Positions 51,508 to 63,789 of a stretch of DNA of 64,000 nucleotides are shown here, one piece after another; within the stretch, counting starts at the first letter, position 1; every line of letters starts with the position of its first letter. Made by a program: the position numbers and the translations under genes. The stretch is from Sminthopsis crassicaudata. Its lineage: Eukaryota. The notes under the pieces are model-generated. The model made no database searches. It was not told where the DNA came from and saw only the letters and a list, made by a program, of their open reading frames with translations. The stretch spans positions 664,000,958-664,064,957 of the forward strand of contig NC_133617.1 in assembly GCF_048593235.1 (NCBI RefSeq), in the 5' to 3' direction.

Positions 51508-51653
51508 GGGCAGCTAGGTGGCGCAGTGGATAGAGCACCAGCCCTGAATTCAGGATCTGGTCTCAGAATTCAAATCTGGTCTCAGACACTTAACACTTCC
51601 TAGCTGTGTGACCTTGGGCAAGTCACTTAACTCCAGCGGGGTGGGGGGGCGGC
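51508..51653 (+). mobile_element. Full-length WSINE1-type SINE with 14-bp TSD and G-rich end
   Basis: gggcagctaggtggcgcagtggatagagcaccagccctg...; TSD aaaatgaatttaag at 51494-51507 and 51654-51667. Confidence 0.9.
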
Positions 51654-51689
51654 AAAATGAATTTAAGAAATAATTGTTCTTCACATTTA

Positions 51690-51835
51690 ATATGTATGGG
51701 ATTGCCTGTCACCTGGGGAGGGAGTAGAGGGAAGGAGGGGAAATTTTGGAAAAAGGAATACAAGGGATAATGTTTAAAAAAAAATTACCCATGCATATGT
51801 ACTGTCAAGAAGAATTATAATTATAAAATTTTTTA
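51690..51835 (+). mobile_element. Short L1 3'-end insertion
   Basis: 'atgtatgggattgcctgtcacctggggagggagtagagggaaggagggg...aatacaagggataatg' resembles 31380-31460; flanked by imperfect aaataatt(g/a)ttctt repeat. Confidence 0.7.
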
Positions 51836-52139
51836 AAAAATAATTATTCTTGTTTTACTATAAGGGAAGTCACTTCACAGCTCCAAATTGAAGTTTATAA
51901 TATAGACCAAGGGAGATAATGTGATTTTAGCATGGAAAAACCATGCTGAACTATTCTAATTAATCATCCATTATTTGAGATTTTCTCTTAAGAAGACTAT
52001 ATCATAAAATTTTTACAGCTAACAGGTAAATTTTTAAAAAATTGAGAGACAAGTAACTTAGTAAGAGTTTGAATTTGCATCTAAATCTGACTCTTAGACT
52101 AGTGTTGTTTCCACTTTTTTGCTGATTTTTTTTTTATTT

Positions 52140-52440
52140 GCCTAATATTCAGTCAGTAAATATTTATTAAGTATCTGCAATGTGCCTGTCACTTTGCAAA
52201 ATGCTGGGGATACAAAAAGAGGCAGAAGATAGTCTTTGTCCTAAAGGAAGGCAAATAGTTTGATGGAGACAATATGAAAACAAAATATATATAAATCAAG
52301 CTATATATAGGATAAATACAAAATAATTTTAACAATGGAAAAGTACTGGAATTGAAGGATTGGGAAAGATTTCCTTTCAAAGATGAATTATTACTTTTAG
52401 AGAAAGACAAGCAGAGTTGGGGAGAGAGTTTTAAGACTCG
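52140..52440 (-). mobile_element. L2-type 3' remnant
   Basis: 'cagtcagtaaatatttattaagtatctgcaatgtgcctgtcactttgcaaaatgctggggatacaaa'. Confidence 0.6.
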
Positions 52441-52674
52441 GAAAATAGAGATTATTAGATTTCCTTTTTGTGTGTGTGTGTGTGATCTTATTAAAAATGT
52501 ATTCAAACAACATAAAACTGCTATTGCTTCATGGGCTTATTTAGTATAATGTTACTTGCTTTTGAAAATATTTTTGATTATTTGACAGTACAAGTTAATG
52601 AAAGTTGATAGTGCTTAGATCTGTATTTTTAACATGTGATCTTTAGTTCTTTAATATACAATCTTAAGATTCTT

Positions 52675-52682
52675 CTTCTTCT

Positions 52683-52722
<40 letters not shown>

Positions 52723-52859
52723 AAGCAATTGGGGTTAAGTGTCTTGACTTTCCCAGGATCATTCAGCTAGGAAGTATTAAGTGTCTGAGGCCAGATTCGA
52801 ACTCAGGTCCTCCTGACTTCAAGGCTGGTGCTTTATTCACTGCGCCACCTAGATGTCCC
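52675..52859 (-). mobile_element. WSINE1-type SINE with poly(A)/(AAG)n tail and TSD
   Basis: T-run then 'gaagcaattggggttaagtg...tgcgccacctagatgtccc'; TSD acaatctt(aa/tg)gattctt at 52658-52674 and 52860-52876. Confidence 0.85.
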
Positions 52860-54022
52860 ACAATCTTTGGATTCTTAAGAAAATATTCTAAGGTTTTATT
52901 AGGGTGTTGAAGTGAAACTGGGGTTTTGTTAGAGTCCAGGGATAGAATATTAATTGTTTCTCTTCTCTTTTCTACAAAATCTAGTTATCACTCAAGCTAA
53001 TGTCAAAGATAATTTTTTATTGGTACATTTTTTAGGAAGGCATATGAGGTCATGGATTCCAATCCCTTTATTTTGGGAGCTATAACTAGGTGGCACAGTG
53101 GATTTAATTTAGCACCAGCCCTGAAATGAGGAAGACCTGATTTCAAATATGGCCTGAGATACTTAACTAACTTGAGTTAGTTAATATTTCTCTGCTTTAG
53201 TTTCCTCAACTGTAAGATAGAGATGATAATAATAGCCTTTATCTCTCAAGATTATGAGAATAAGATGAGAAGTTTGTAAAGCTTTTAGTATAATCCCTGA
53301 CACATGATAGGTGCTATGGAAATGTTAGCTGTAATAAAGTAATATTTTATAGATGAGGAAAACTGAGAGTAAAGATTTTTGCCTGGTTTCTCAGATTTCA
53401 AGTTCAATATATTTTCTATTCCTTTCGCATTTTTGACAAAACTCTAGAAATAAAATAGCTATGCTAAAAATCCAAGAGCTCTTTATTGATTAACACGTTA
53501 TGGTGATGATCATTTTCCAGTAAAAAATTCGTTAGCTCTTGTCTTGAAAATCACTTTAATGTTGTCACATTTACACAAGAGAGATCATGGTATTACTTCT
53601 ATCTCTCATCACTTTTATTTGTACTGCTGTCAATGTGAATGATGGGCATAATTATATTATTAATGTCAAGGATTTAGTTTTTAGGTTCTGTTTTCAATAG
53701 CATTTGTTAAGTGTTTTTAAATAGTTTGAGTTACTGATTTCAGCATTCCAAAATAGCAGTTTTACTCTTTTTGTTTGTTTGGTGGTGGTGGTGGTGTTTT
53801 GATTAGGAGGAAAATCATTGATCTTTGTAAAACATTTCCTGTGCAGTGTGTATTGCCTTCCATAACTGTGGTGCTTGAACTTTTTGACAGAAATATACGA
53901 TTACATATAGCCAAGAATGGCAGATACTTAAAAAGATAATGTTCATGTCAGTTAATTGTCTCAATCTCATTTGTTGCATTGCCCAGGCATACTTGAAAAC
54001 CTGTCCCTGAGCCCGAGGCCTT

Positions 54023-54068
<46 letters not shown>

Positions 54069-54512
54069 TATTAAAGGAATGCCTAATCTTTGTGCTATGT
54101 TTGATTACCCATAGAGTTCTGTAGCCAAGAAGGCCCAGCTTGGAGTTAAGAGACATAGAAATGGAGCAGAGCTAAGATTGGGAATTGAAAGTATATTCTG
54201 ATAGGTCAGTTTTATGGCAGGTTCCTAGAAATCAGAGGAGTTGAATGTATTTGTTTTCATATCTTCATTGTTGAGAATGGGCCATGTTTCACTTTCTTTT
54301 GGAGCTAGGACCTATTAAAGCACCCTGCCAAACTCCCAAAGTATATGTTTCTCTAATCACAAATTCAAGTTCTTTGTAAAAGGTTACCTAGTCTTGCACT
54401 GCCTTCTCTATCCTTGCTAATATGTTTCCCTACAACTCTTAGCTCCAGATCCCATCACTTGTAAGTTGCTTCAGAAAAATATAGTTGTTATCATTAACAT
54501 ACAGCTTAAAAT

Positions 54513-54666
54513 GGAGCTGCTAGATGGCACATTTTTGTGTCTAAAGTGATAGCGCAGTAGCCCTGGAGTCAGGAGGACTTGTTTCAAATCTGGCCTTAAA
54601 CACTTGACACTTACTAGCTGTGTGATCCTGGACAAGTCACTTAACCTCAAATGCCTTGGCCAAAAA
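54513..54666 (+). mobile_element. Marsupial CORE-SINE (Mar1/SINE1-type)
   Basis: 'agccctggagtcaggaggacttgtttcaaatctggcctt...ctagctgtgtgatcctggacaagtcacttaacctc'. Confidence 0.75.
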
Positions 54667-54881
54667 GAAACTAACTAAAACACAATTTTGTTGCGGAAAA
54701 ATTTTCCCCCAAAATTTACTTTATCTGTTTTCAATTCCTTTGTAAAAGGTTTTTGGTATTTAATAGTTCATGCATTTAGCCACTAGTTGTTGCAGAAATA
54801 CTCAAAGGGACCAAATATGTATATTAGATTGCAAGAGTTCTTAGGTCTACAGATCCTGTGAAATTTCTGGAAAAGTCTTTG

Positions 54882-54917
<36 letters not shown>

Positions 54918-55798
54918 TTATATTTATTTTCCCTAATCTCTAACTGAAATTTAGCATTTCTTTCAATTAAGATTTAAGAAAAGCATTACAAGCAATGGTC
55001 CCTAGGATCACCAGATTGCCAAATAGTTCCATGACACAAAAAAATGACTAATAATCCAAGAGGGTCCAAAGGAGAGGAGGAAGTGACCAGAATGACAAGA
55101 AACTGTCATTGGATGAATGGTTGATGGGAAATCTATTAACAGAATTTGATAGTGATTGTTAAGCATTTGAAAAGCAGTTTTATAGAAAAAAGAAATAAAT
55201 TTAGAATTAGTGTAAATCACAGAACTAGAGCCAATAAGTAGAAATGACAGGAAAGCAGCCTATTTTAAAGAAGTACTTTATAAAAATGAAAATGGTCCAG
55301 TAGAGAATGGGGCTGCCTTATTAATTCAGTAAGCTTGACCCTACTGAGTGCTAGTCACTTAAAATTCCCTTCTCTTTGCAGTTAAGTATGAGAAAAGCCT
55401 ATTGTTGTTTCTTGTTTATACTATTTCTTCGAGGAAAATTAGTAAAACTAATTCCAATTTATATATGAGGATCCTGAGTCATAAATTGCAATCAAGGAAA
55501 ATTCTTAAGAAAAGTAACAAGCTATTAATCATTTAAATCTTAAAACTAATGGACTGTGTTAGATACAAATGAAAGTAAATATCGCTTTTGAAACTTCCTA
55601 TACATAAATCTCTAGTGTCCATTCCTTAACCCCTTAATTATTCTTATTGAAAACCCATTAAGTGTGAATATTTAACTTAGAGTATTGTATGAATTATATT
55701 CACTCCCATTTTTCTCTTGCCAAGTAAAATTGTCATTGTCAAACAACTGAAATGCTGTCTTTTCCACAAAACTAACCTTTCTTCTGATTTATTTTTAG

Positions 55799-55847
55799 GA
55801 GGTATATCGAATTCCCAAAAAGAGTCAGACTGAAAAAGAAAACAATG
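55799..55847 (+). CDS. SETD2: SETD2 exon 13 (49 nt; EVYRIPKKSQTEKENN)
   Basis: tttttag|GAG GTA TAT...AAC AAT G|gtatgt. Confidence 0.95.
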
Positions 55848-56547
55848 GTATGTATTCATTGGTTCTCCACAGGTGGGTTTATGTAGCACTAAATGTATCC
55901 TGTTTCTCTGTATTGTTTCCCTAGTTGGACTTAGAGTTGCCTGAGGGACTTCGGAAACTGATCTTTCTTTGTGACTTATATAATGTGATCAATAAATATT
56001 TGTGGATGAAGGCCTTTTGGGTACTTCAATTCCTTCATTTATTAAAATTGGGTGGTTGAAGTAAGTTTTCTCTAATGTCCTTTCTAGCTCCGAAGTTCTC
56101 TTTCAATATAATACACATACTTCCTTTATATTGAAATTTTAAGCTCTTTTGCCAAAATCATGGGAGTGCTGTAAATATTTAACAAAGAGTTTTGAATAAA
56201 ATATCTTATTTTCTTCTTGTGGAAAAGATGAGAGCAATGTTGGCTAAACATTGATAAATTTAGATGGATTCAGAAATGGTTGTTTTAAGTATGATTAATC
56301 TGGAAGATCTCCAGTGGAGTAACCCAGATATGTGTGCTTGGCCTTGTGCTTCTGGCACTTCTAAGTTTTGGATTAAAGAAACTTTAGAAAGGAATTATTC
56401 CATTATCTTTCTGGTAATGGTTAACAATATCTTTAAAGTTGTCAACCCATCTAGGATAAGTTATGAGTTCATTTAATTTGCTTTTATAATACTAAAGTGG
56501 AAAATTCTGTTGACTTGGTTGTTTTAGTTGACCATTTTTTCTTTCAG

Positions 56548-56728
56548 GTGAGCGGGGAAGGGATAATGTAAGTCTCAGAGACCAAGCAACTACTCCAAAG
56601 ACTCCTAACCGATCCAGAGAAAGAGAACCAGAAAGGCAAACACAGAGCAAAGAAAAAAAGAAACGACGAAGTTCCCTTTCACCACCACCTTCTGCTTATG
56701 AACGAGGAACAAAAAGACCTGATGATAG
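56548..56728 (+). CDS. SETD2: SETD2 exon 14 (181 nt; GERGRDNVSLRDQ...SSLSPPPSAYERGTKRPDDR)
   Basis: ctttcag|GT GAG CGG...GAT AG|gtaagt; phase 1-2 consistent with both neighbours. Confidence 0.95.
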
Positions 56729-56983
56729 GTAAGTAGGAGCAGAAATTACTCTATGATCTGATTAAGGAGACAAGTACCTAAGCATACAGTCTACAATTCT
56801 TATAGGAAGGAATTTGGATTGACAAATAACATGATATAGAGGGAGATCTTAAAAATAATTACAAATCTTCAGTTTATTGAAAAATTGTTGATAGCCTTGA
56901 AGAAAATGATATGGTTGAAGTTGGAAGCCATATTGCAAAGACTTGAAGTGATTGCAAAATGTGAAGGGTTAGGGTACAATTTA

Positions 56984-58137
56984 TTTAATTTTTAAAAATC
57001 AATTAATTAAATTTTACAAAAATTTTATGCATAGGTAATTTTCTAGCATTGACAATTATAAAACCTTTTGTTTCAGCTTTTCCCGTCCTCCTCACCCCTT
57101 CCCCCAGATGGCAGGTTGACCAATACATGCTTTAAAGTATAAGTTAAATTCAATATATGTATATACGTTCAAAGTTATTTTGCTGTACTAAAAGAATCAG
57201 ACTTTGAAATAGTGTACAATTAGCCTGTGAAGGAAATAAAAAATGTAGGCAGACAAAAATAGAGGGATTGGGAATTCTATGGTGTGGTTCATAGTCATGT
57301 CCCAGAGTTCTTTCGCTAGGTGTAGATGGTTCAGTCCATTACTTACTGGTCTATTGAAGATGATTTGGTTCATCTCATTGTTGGAGAGGTCCTCATCCAT
57401 CAGAATTGATTATCATATAGTATTGTTGTTGAAGTATACATCTATCTCCTGGTCCTACTCATTTCACTTAGCATCAGCTCATGTAAGTCTCTCCAGGCCT
57501 TTCTGAAACCATCCTGCTGGTCATTTCTTACAGAACAATAATATTCCATAATATTCATATACCACAATTTATTCAGCCATTCTTCAATTGATGGGCATCC
57601 ACTCAGTTTCCAGTTTCTGGCCACTACAAAGAGGGCTGCCACAAACATTCTTGCACATACAGGTCCCTTTCCCTTCTTTAAAATCTCCTTGGGATCTAAG
57701 CCCAGTAGAAACGCTGCTCGATCAAAGGGTATGCAGTTTGATAACTCTTTGAGCATAGTTCCAAATTGCTCTCCAGAATGGCTGGATGTATTCACAATTC
57801 CACCAACAATGTATCAGTGTCCCAATTTTCCCACATCCCCTCCAACATTCTGCATTATCTTTCCCTGTCATTTTAGCCAATCTGACAGGTGTGTAATGGT
57901 ATCTCAGAGTTGTCTTAATTTGCATTTCTCTGATAAATAATGACTTGGAACATCTTTTCATATGGCTAGAAATAGTTTCAATTTCTTTGTCTGAGAATTG
58001 TCTGTTCATATCCTTTGACCATTTGGAGAATGGCTTGATTTCTTATAAATTAGAGTCAGTTCTCTCTATATTTTGGAGATGAGGCCTTTATCATAACCTT
58101 TGACTGTAGAAATGTTTTCCCAGTTTATTATTAAGCA
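56984..58137 (-). mobile_element. 5'-truncated L1 (ORF2 C-terminus plus 3' UTR) in intron 14
   Basis: ORF-track peptides MQIKTTLRYHYTPVR...CWRGCGK and MFVAALFVVARNWKLSGCPSIEEWLNKLWY; 11-bp TSD ggtacaattta at 56973-56983 and 58138-58148. Confidence 0.93.
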
Positions 58138-58401
58138 GGTACAATTTAGAGTGGTTTTCTAGGGATTTGGTTGTAAAAGGAAGCAAAGGTATGGGATGAT
58201 GATCTTGAAAGGAGTGGCAGGATTAGGGGAAAGTAAATGGAGTCCTAGGCATGTTTTAGAGGCCACATTCCAAGGTCCAAAAAATGAAGAGATATATAGA
58301 CAACTTCTGGAGAACATAGACTATGAGCCGTTTTTAAGTGCTTTAGCATTTTTTTAAAAATGGATGAAGCTTTTCCTGATGTTTTTAATCTTCATTTTCA
58401 G

Positions 58402-59071
58402 ATATGATACGCCTACTTCTAAGAAAAAAGTACGGCTTAAGGACCGTAATAAGCTTTCTACAGAAGAGCGCCGGAAGCTCTTTGAACAGGAGGTAGCCCA
58501 GCGGGAGGCTCAGAAGCAGCAGCAGCAGATGCAGAACCTTGGGATGACTTCCCCCCTTCCTTATGAATCCTTGGGCTATAGTGCTCCTCACCATAGCTTT
58601 GTTGGTTACCCTCCTGGTTATCCCATGCAGGCTTATGTGGATCCTAGCAATCCTAATGCTGGGAAGGTGCTATTACCCACACCTAGCATGGACCCTATGT
58701 GTTCTCCTGCCACCTATGAACATACCCAGACTTTGGGACACTCAGTAGAACCAAGCCTTGCTACTCCTCAACCAGTTCCAGTAGTGCAACATGTAGCAAC
58801 ACCAATGGAGGTTTCAACTTCACAGTACGTAGCACAGAATGAAGCCGTTGTTCATCAGGAACCTAATGTGGCTGTTTTGCCAGTACCTGCCCCAGGTCCT
58901 GTACAGGGACAAAGTTATGGTGTTTGGGATTCTAATCAACAGACTGTCCCTGTGCAGCAGCCATACTCACCTGCACAGTCTCAAACAGCTATGTATTACC
59001 AGGGTCAGACATGTCAGACTGTCTACGGTGTGACACCACCTTATTCTCAAACAACTCCACCAATTGTACAG
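58402..59071 (+). CDS. SETD2: SETD2 exon 15 (670 nt; YDTPTSKKKVRLKDRNKLSTEERRKLFEQEVAQREAQKQQQQ...TTPPIVQ)
   Basis: ttttcag|A TAT GAT...GTA CAG|gtaact; coiled-coil then P/Q-rich region. Confidence 0.97.
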
Positions 59072-60539
59072 GTAACTTACTTTACAAAATCAGTTTGTCT
59101 TTGTATTCTGTTTATCATGTTAGTCATTGTGCAAAAGGCTTTTTGTACAATAAAAGCAGAGTTGGATTAGAATTTTACATTTTTATCCTTTCCGGTTTTT
59201 TTTTTTTCTGTTAACGTGTTTTTTTCATGTTATTCCATATTATTTTTATGTCCTCAAATCTTTTCAAAGGGATAGCTATTGACTATTGTAATTGAGAACT
59301 TGATATCTTAATTACAATATATGTAAAGAATAGTTTACTTTCCCTATTGTCTTCATCTTATTCATATTTTGTGTCCATTATTTTTGTGCTATTTTGTATA
59401 CTTCTCCATATGGGAATTAGCACATGATCTTATATGCCCATAAGCTTGGGCATATAAAAATAAAATATTAGAGTTCATGATATATGATCTTGTACCTTTG
59501 AATAAATTTTGGGTAAGGAAGAGGAGATGACCCCCCCAAAAAACTAGTTGTATTCTTTTTAATTTATTTTTAACATTTAAATAGATTCATTTAGTTGGTA
59601 TTAGAACTATTCTGAATCAGAAATGACTTAGAAGATTATTCATTTTATCCAGTGTTTGAATAATTTTTGCAGTATCTCTTATGTTGTCTTTCAATAAATA
59701 ACTTGGCATTTAAATTTTTTACCTTACTGTAGTATTCTATTTAGATCTCTAATTAGATTTGTTTTTTGTTATTTCTTCCTTTTTTATACTATTTGTCATG
59801 TCATATTTGAAATTTCCTAGACTATAAATTGTTTCTTGACACATTTGAGTGCCCATCTATTTGTACAAGTCGGGATGGGAGGGAACCATTCTCTGTGTAT
59901 CCTGTTATCTTGAGTGTAGTCATATAATATAAATTAGAGCATGGAGGAATTTTAGAAAAGTCATCACTTAGGCTAATTCCCTCATTATATAGATAAGAAC
60001 TTATATGTATTGAGGCTCAAAGATGCCAAAGGACTTTAACAAAAGTCCATGTAGATATATGGTAGATATGTAGATATGGTAGTATTGTGCACCTGAAACT
60101 ATACTTCTATGTAACTTAGGGAAGGCATATAACAATGGTGGTTCTAAACAGATGTTATTCCTGTTTAAGTCTGTAAAAATAGAATCTAGTTTCATCATTC
60201 TAGTAGGTAAAAAGAGTTCTTTCAGAATTAGCTGTTAACACCATTTAACAAAACTTAAATCTTTTTTCCAATCCCTGCCAGTCCCTCATACTTGACCATA
60301 ATATGTAAGTCAGTTAGACCCAGTTAATCCTCCTATCTGTAATTTACCTGAGGCCTTATATATGCTGAACTACTAAGTATAATAGAAGGGATTCAGGGAT
60401 AAGAAAATCTTTACTTTCTTTGTTTTTAGGTCATCTCAATTGAGCAGAGTGGACATTAATTGAACCTGTACCCAAATCTGTATATAACTGGGAGAGAAGG
60501 GAGTATTTTATGGAATGTCCTTTAGCAGATCTGAAATTT

Positions 60540-61930
60540 TTTTTTTTTTTTTTTGCTATGTTTTTGTTTTTATTTTATTTTGATTTCCATGCATTTTCCT
60601 TGTTCTTCCCCTATTGAAAGCCATCTTTCATAACTGAGAATAAAAAAGAGGGAAATAAGCAGTTCAGGAAAATCAATGAACACATCACCTATTCCAGACT
60701 AGCATAATTTCATAGCATTTGATTTTGATTTTATTTCTACTGACATTGTTGCTAGTTGTTTACTTCACTCTACAGTTGCTCTCATGTTTCTTGGGTTTGT
60801 TTGTAGTCTTATTGATCATTTCCTAAGGCACAGTAATATTCCATTATTTGCTTATTTTTACTTGTTTAGCCATTTCTCAGTGATAGACATGTACTTTATT
60901 TCTGAATCTTTGCCACTACAAAATTGCTGCATTGGAATTTTTTTTTTAATTGTTTTTGTTTTTAACTAGTTAGTTTGGGGGGGGGTTGTTTTTTCCCCTA
61001 AAATATTCAGTATAAATTCTTTGCCTTACAGGTTAGGGAGGAACATAGATATTACAAACTAATGATTGAACATTTAGACATTTTGTTAGCATAACTTAAA
61101 GTTATGGTTTTCAGAATGATTTTCATCTTTTTCCCATTACTAAGTATTCCTATCTTTTGTCATACTTTGCCAGTTTGATGACCAAGAGTTTGATACGAAT
61201 TTCTTGTAAAGAAGCTAAGTAGCACTGTGGGTGGAGAATGCTAGAGTTGGAGTTAGAAAGACCTGGATTTAAATCAAGAGCCTGGGGATCTTATCTCTTT
61301 GAGTCTTAGTTTCTTTATCTGAAAAATGCAAATAATAGTACATTATTTGGCAGCATTATCAAGATCAAATGAGATATACATAAAATGGTTTACAAACTTT
61401 TAAAACTACATAAATGCTATATATTACATTATTATTTTTTTATTTAAAGCCATCTTTATGAACAATAATAATTTTTAATTTTACTTTTAAGAGCTGTTTA
61501 TTCATGTCCTTTGACTCTTTTCAAAAATAGCTATGGTCTTAATATTCATACTAATTGCCTATATTTTCATTTCTTGGATGTAAGATCCTTATTGGAGACA
61601 TGATCCAAAATTTTTTCCCAATCAACATTTCTTTATCCTTCAGTCCTAAATGGGAAAGGTTTATCTATTCTAGTTTTCTCCTATGTGAAGAATATGGCAT
61701 ATTTGTTAATATTCAGGTCACAATCATTTTGAGTTCATTTTGTTTTGCAAATGTTGGTTTGAACATAATTTCTGTTCAGAACATAAGTTCTGAACAAACT
61801 GCATTCTTTTTTCCAGGAGTTTTTATGAAATAAAAACTTTTCCCCAGGTAATTTATATTGTCAAATTTATTGAACACTGGATTTATTGAATTTATTTCCA
61901 ACTTCCTTATCTATGCCTAGCTTCTTGGTT
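60540..61930 (-). mobile_element. Old L1 remnants interrupted by a MIR-like SINE (about 61215-61430)
   Basis: 'tttagccattttctcagtgatagacat', 'tttgccactacaaaattgctgc', 'tttgtcatactttgccagtttgatg'. Confidence 0.55.
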
Positions 61931-62219
61931 TGTGACTATATTTGGGGTCTCATAACTGAATGTAGGAGTAATATCCTATATACCAGGATCATATGAAAAT
62001 TTCTCAGGTGAAATGAGGTTGTCAGTGGAAAAAGTTTGAGAAGTCCTTACTAAGTACTACTAATCATTTTGTAACTCTTACAAAATAACTTTTTTTACCC
62101 TTATCCTTACTTTTAAAAATTTCATTATTTTTCTTCTACATCTAGACCTTATTTTACTCTGAATGTATTTTGATTTTTTTCCCCCTCACCCAGTAAAGTA
62201 TCTCCTTGCTTTTTTGATA

Positions 62220-62945
62220 GCTTATCACTGAGTCCAAGTTAGACTTATGCCAAGGGTGCAAGAATGTTTCAAGACTAAAAAAAAATTATCACATTGGAAA
62301 TACAAAATCAAGCCACTATCAATTAACATTTAAAAAAAAAACTCTTAATAAAATCCATTTATTTATGCTATTAAAATTAATCTTAGAATCATCATTTTTA
62401 ATGTAAAAAAGGGTATATTTAAAACCTCTTTATCATGAGGAAACTCCAACTTTGCCAGTAAATGCAAGAATTAAGAATCTCCTCTTTCTCTCCCTCCCGC
62501 CCAAAAAAAATTACTGTAGTTTTAGAAGCATTAATATGTAGTAAGACGAGAAAATAAAGACAAACTGAAAGGAAAATAAAAATTACATGTAACTGTTAAC
62601 TGGGTTTTATAATTGAGATAATTTAGAATGAAGTTTCAGGATAAAGAATAAACCTACAAAAATAATCGTTTTGTGTGGTAATAATAAAATAAAAGAGTAA
62701 AAATATAAGGTATTCCAATTTTTTTAGAATTACAAAATGCATAAAATATCTGGAAAGCATGATAATAAAAGCAATTGAAAAGCAACCATTAATGAAATAA
62801 AGAAGGCTTTAAGAATATTCAGTACTATTGTTGGACTGTTGAGTATAATAAATGTTGTCATGCTATCTAACCAACAATTTCATTCTATACCAATCAAAGT
62901 TTAAAGAGCTAGATAAAATAATAAAAAAAATTTTGAAGAACAGAT
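62220..62945 (+). mobile_element. Highly decayed sense-strand L1 ORF2 (RT region)
   Basis: 'caagttagacttatgccaagggtgcaagaatgtttcaa' recalls QVGFIPGMQGWFN; later L1-like 'ataccaatcaaa...agagctagataaaataata'. Confidence 0.55.
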
Positions 62946-63789
62946 TTATTTTTTTCTTCAGTAATATTTTTCCAAACACATGTAAAGATAGTTTTAAACA
63001 TTCATTTTTGTTAAGATTTTGTATTAAAAAATTTTTTTTCTCCCTCCTTTTGCCTTCCCTTTTCTCAAGATAGCATTATATATAATATAGATTATACATG
63101 TACAATTCTTTTAGATATATTTTCATATTTGTCACCTTGTACAAGAAAAATCAAGATGAAAAGACTATGTTTCAATCCACATTCAATCTCCATAGTTCTC
63201 TCAAACATTTTCCCACCAAAGTCTATGGGAATTATCTTTTATCATCACGTTGCTGAGAAAGCTAAGGAAGGAATATATTTCTTGAATAATGTTTTTCATA
63301 TTACTATTAGAACAATTAATCTGTGGTAGTAGGCTAAAGCCAAGACATGTTCAATATGTTTCTCTTTTCCTTTGGGCGGCTCAGATATTTAAATCTTTGG
63401 AGATTATGAATTCTTCAGGCATATAACTTAAGAAATTACTGCCTCAGGGATTTAAAAGTTGTCAGTTTTTGCATCTATTTTCTCTGTATTCTGAACTAAC
63501 CTAGCTGTGTCTTCTTATCTAGCTTATTTAATGCCATTTTTATTTTCTTGTCTGGGAATATCCAGTCATGCTTCCTTAATCATTCATAGGATAGCTTTTT
63601 ATAGTGACTTCAATAATCTTTTTTAATATTTATACACTGTTTTTCCCCAGTTCTATCCTATACATTGGTAGAATTTGGTTTAATTGCTCACTAAACTTTT
63701 TGGAAAATGTTTTCTCTAACTTTTTGCTTTATCAGAAGATATAACATTTTTCAAATGACTTCATATCCTGAACCGGGGGTTCAGGGGGT

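Noticed and set aside
53490-53560. GTGATGA with a possible gtgat/atcac stem
   Set aside because: D box is TTGA, not CTGA; no guide sequence recognised
57442-58009. L1 ORF2 peptides as a functional gene
   Set aside because: 5'-truncated, split across frames, lacks the endonuclease and RT domains
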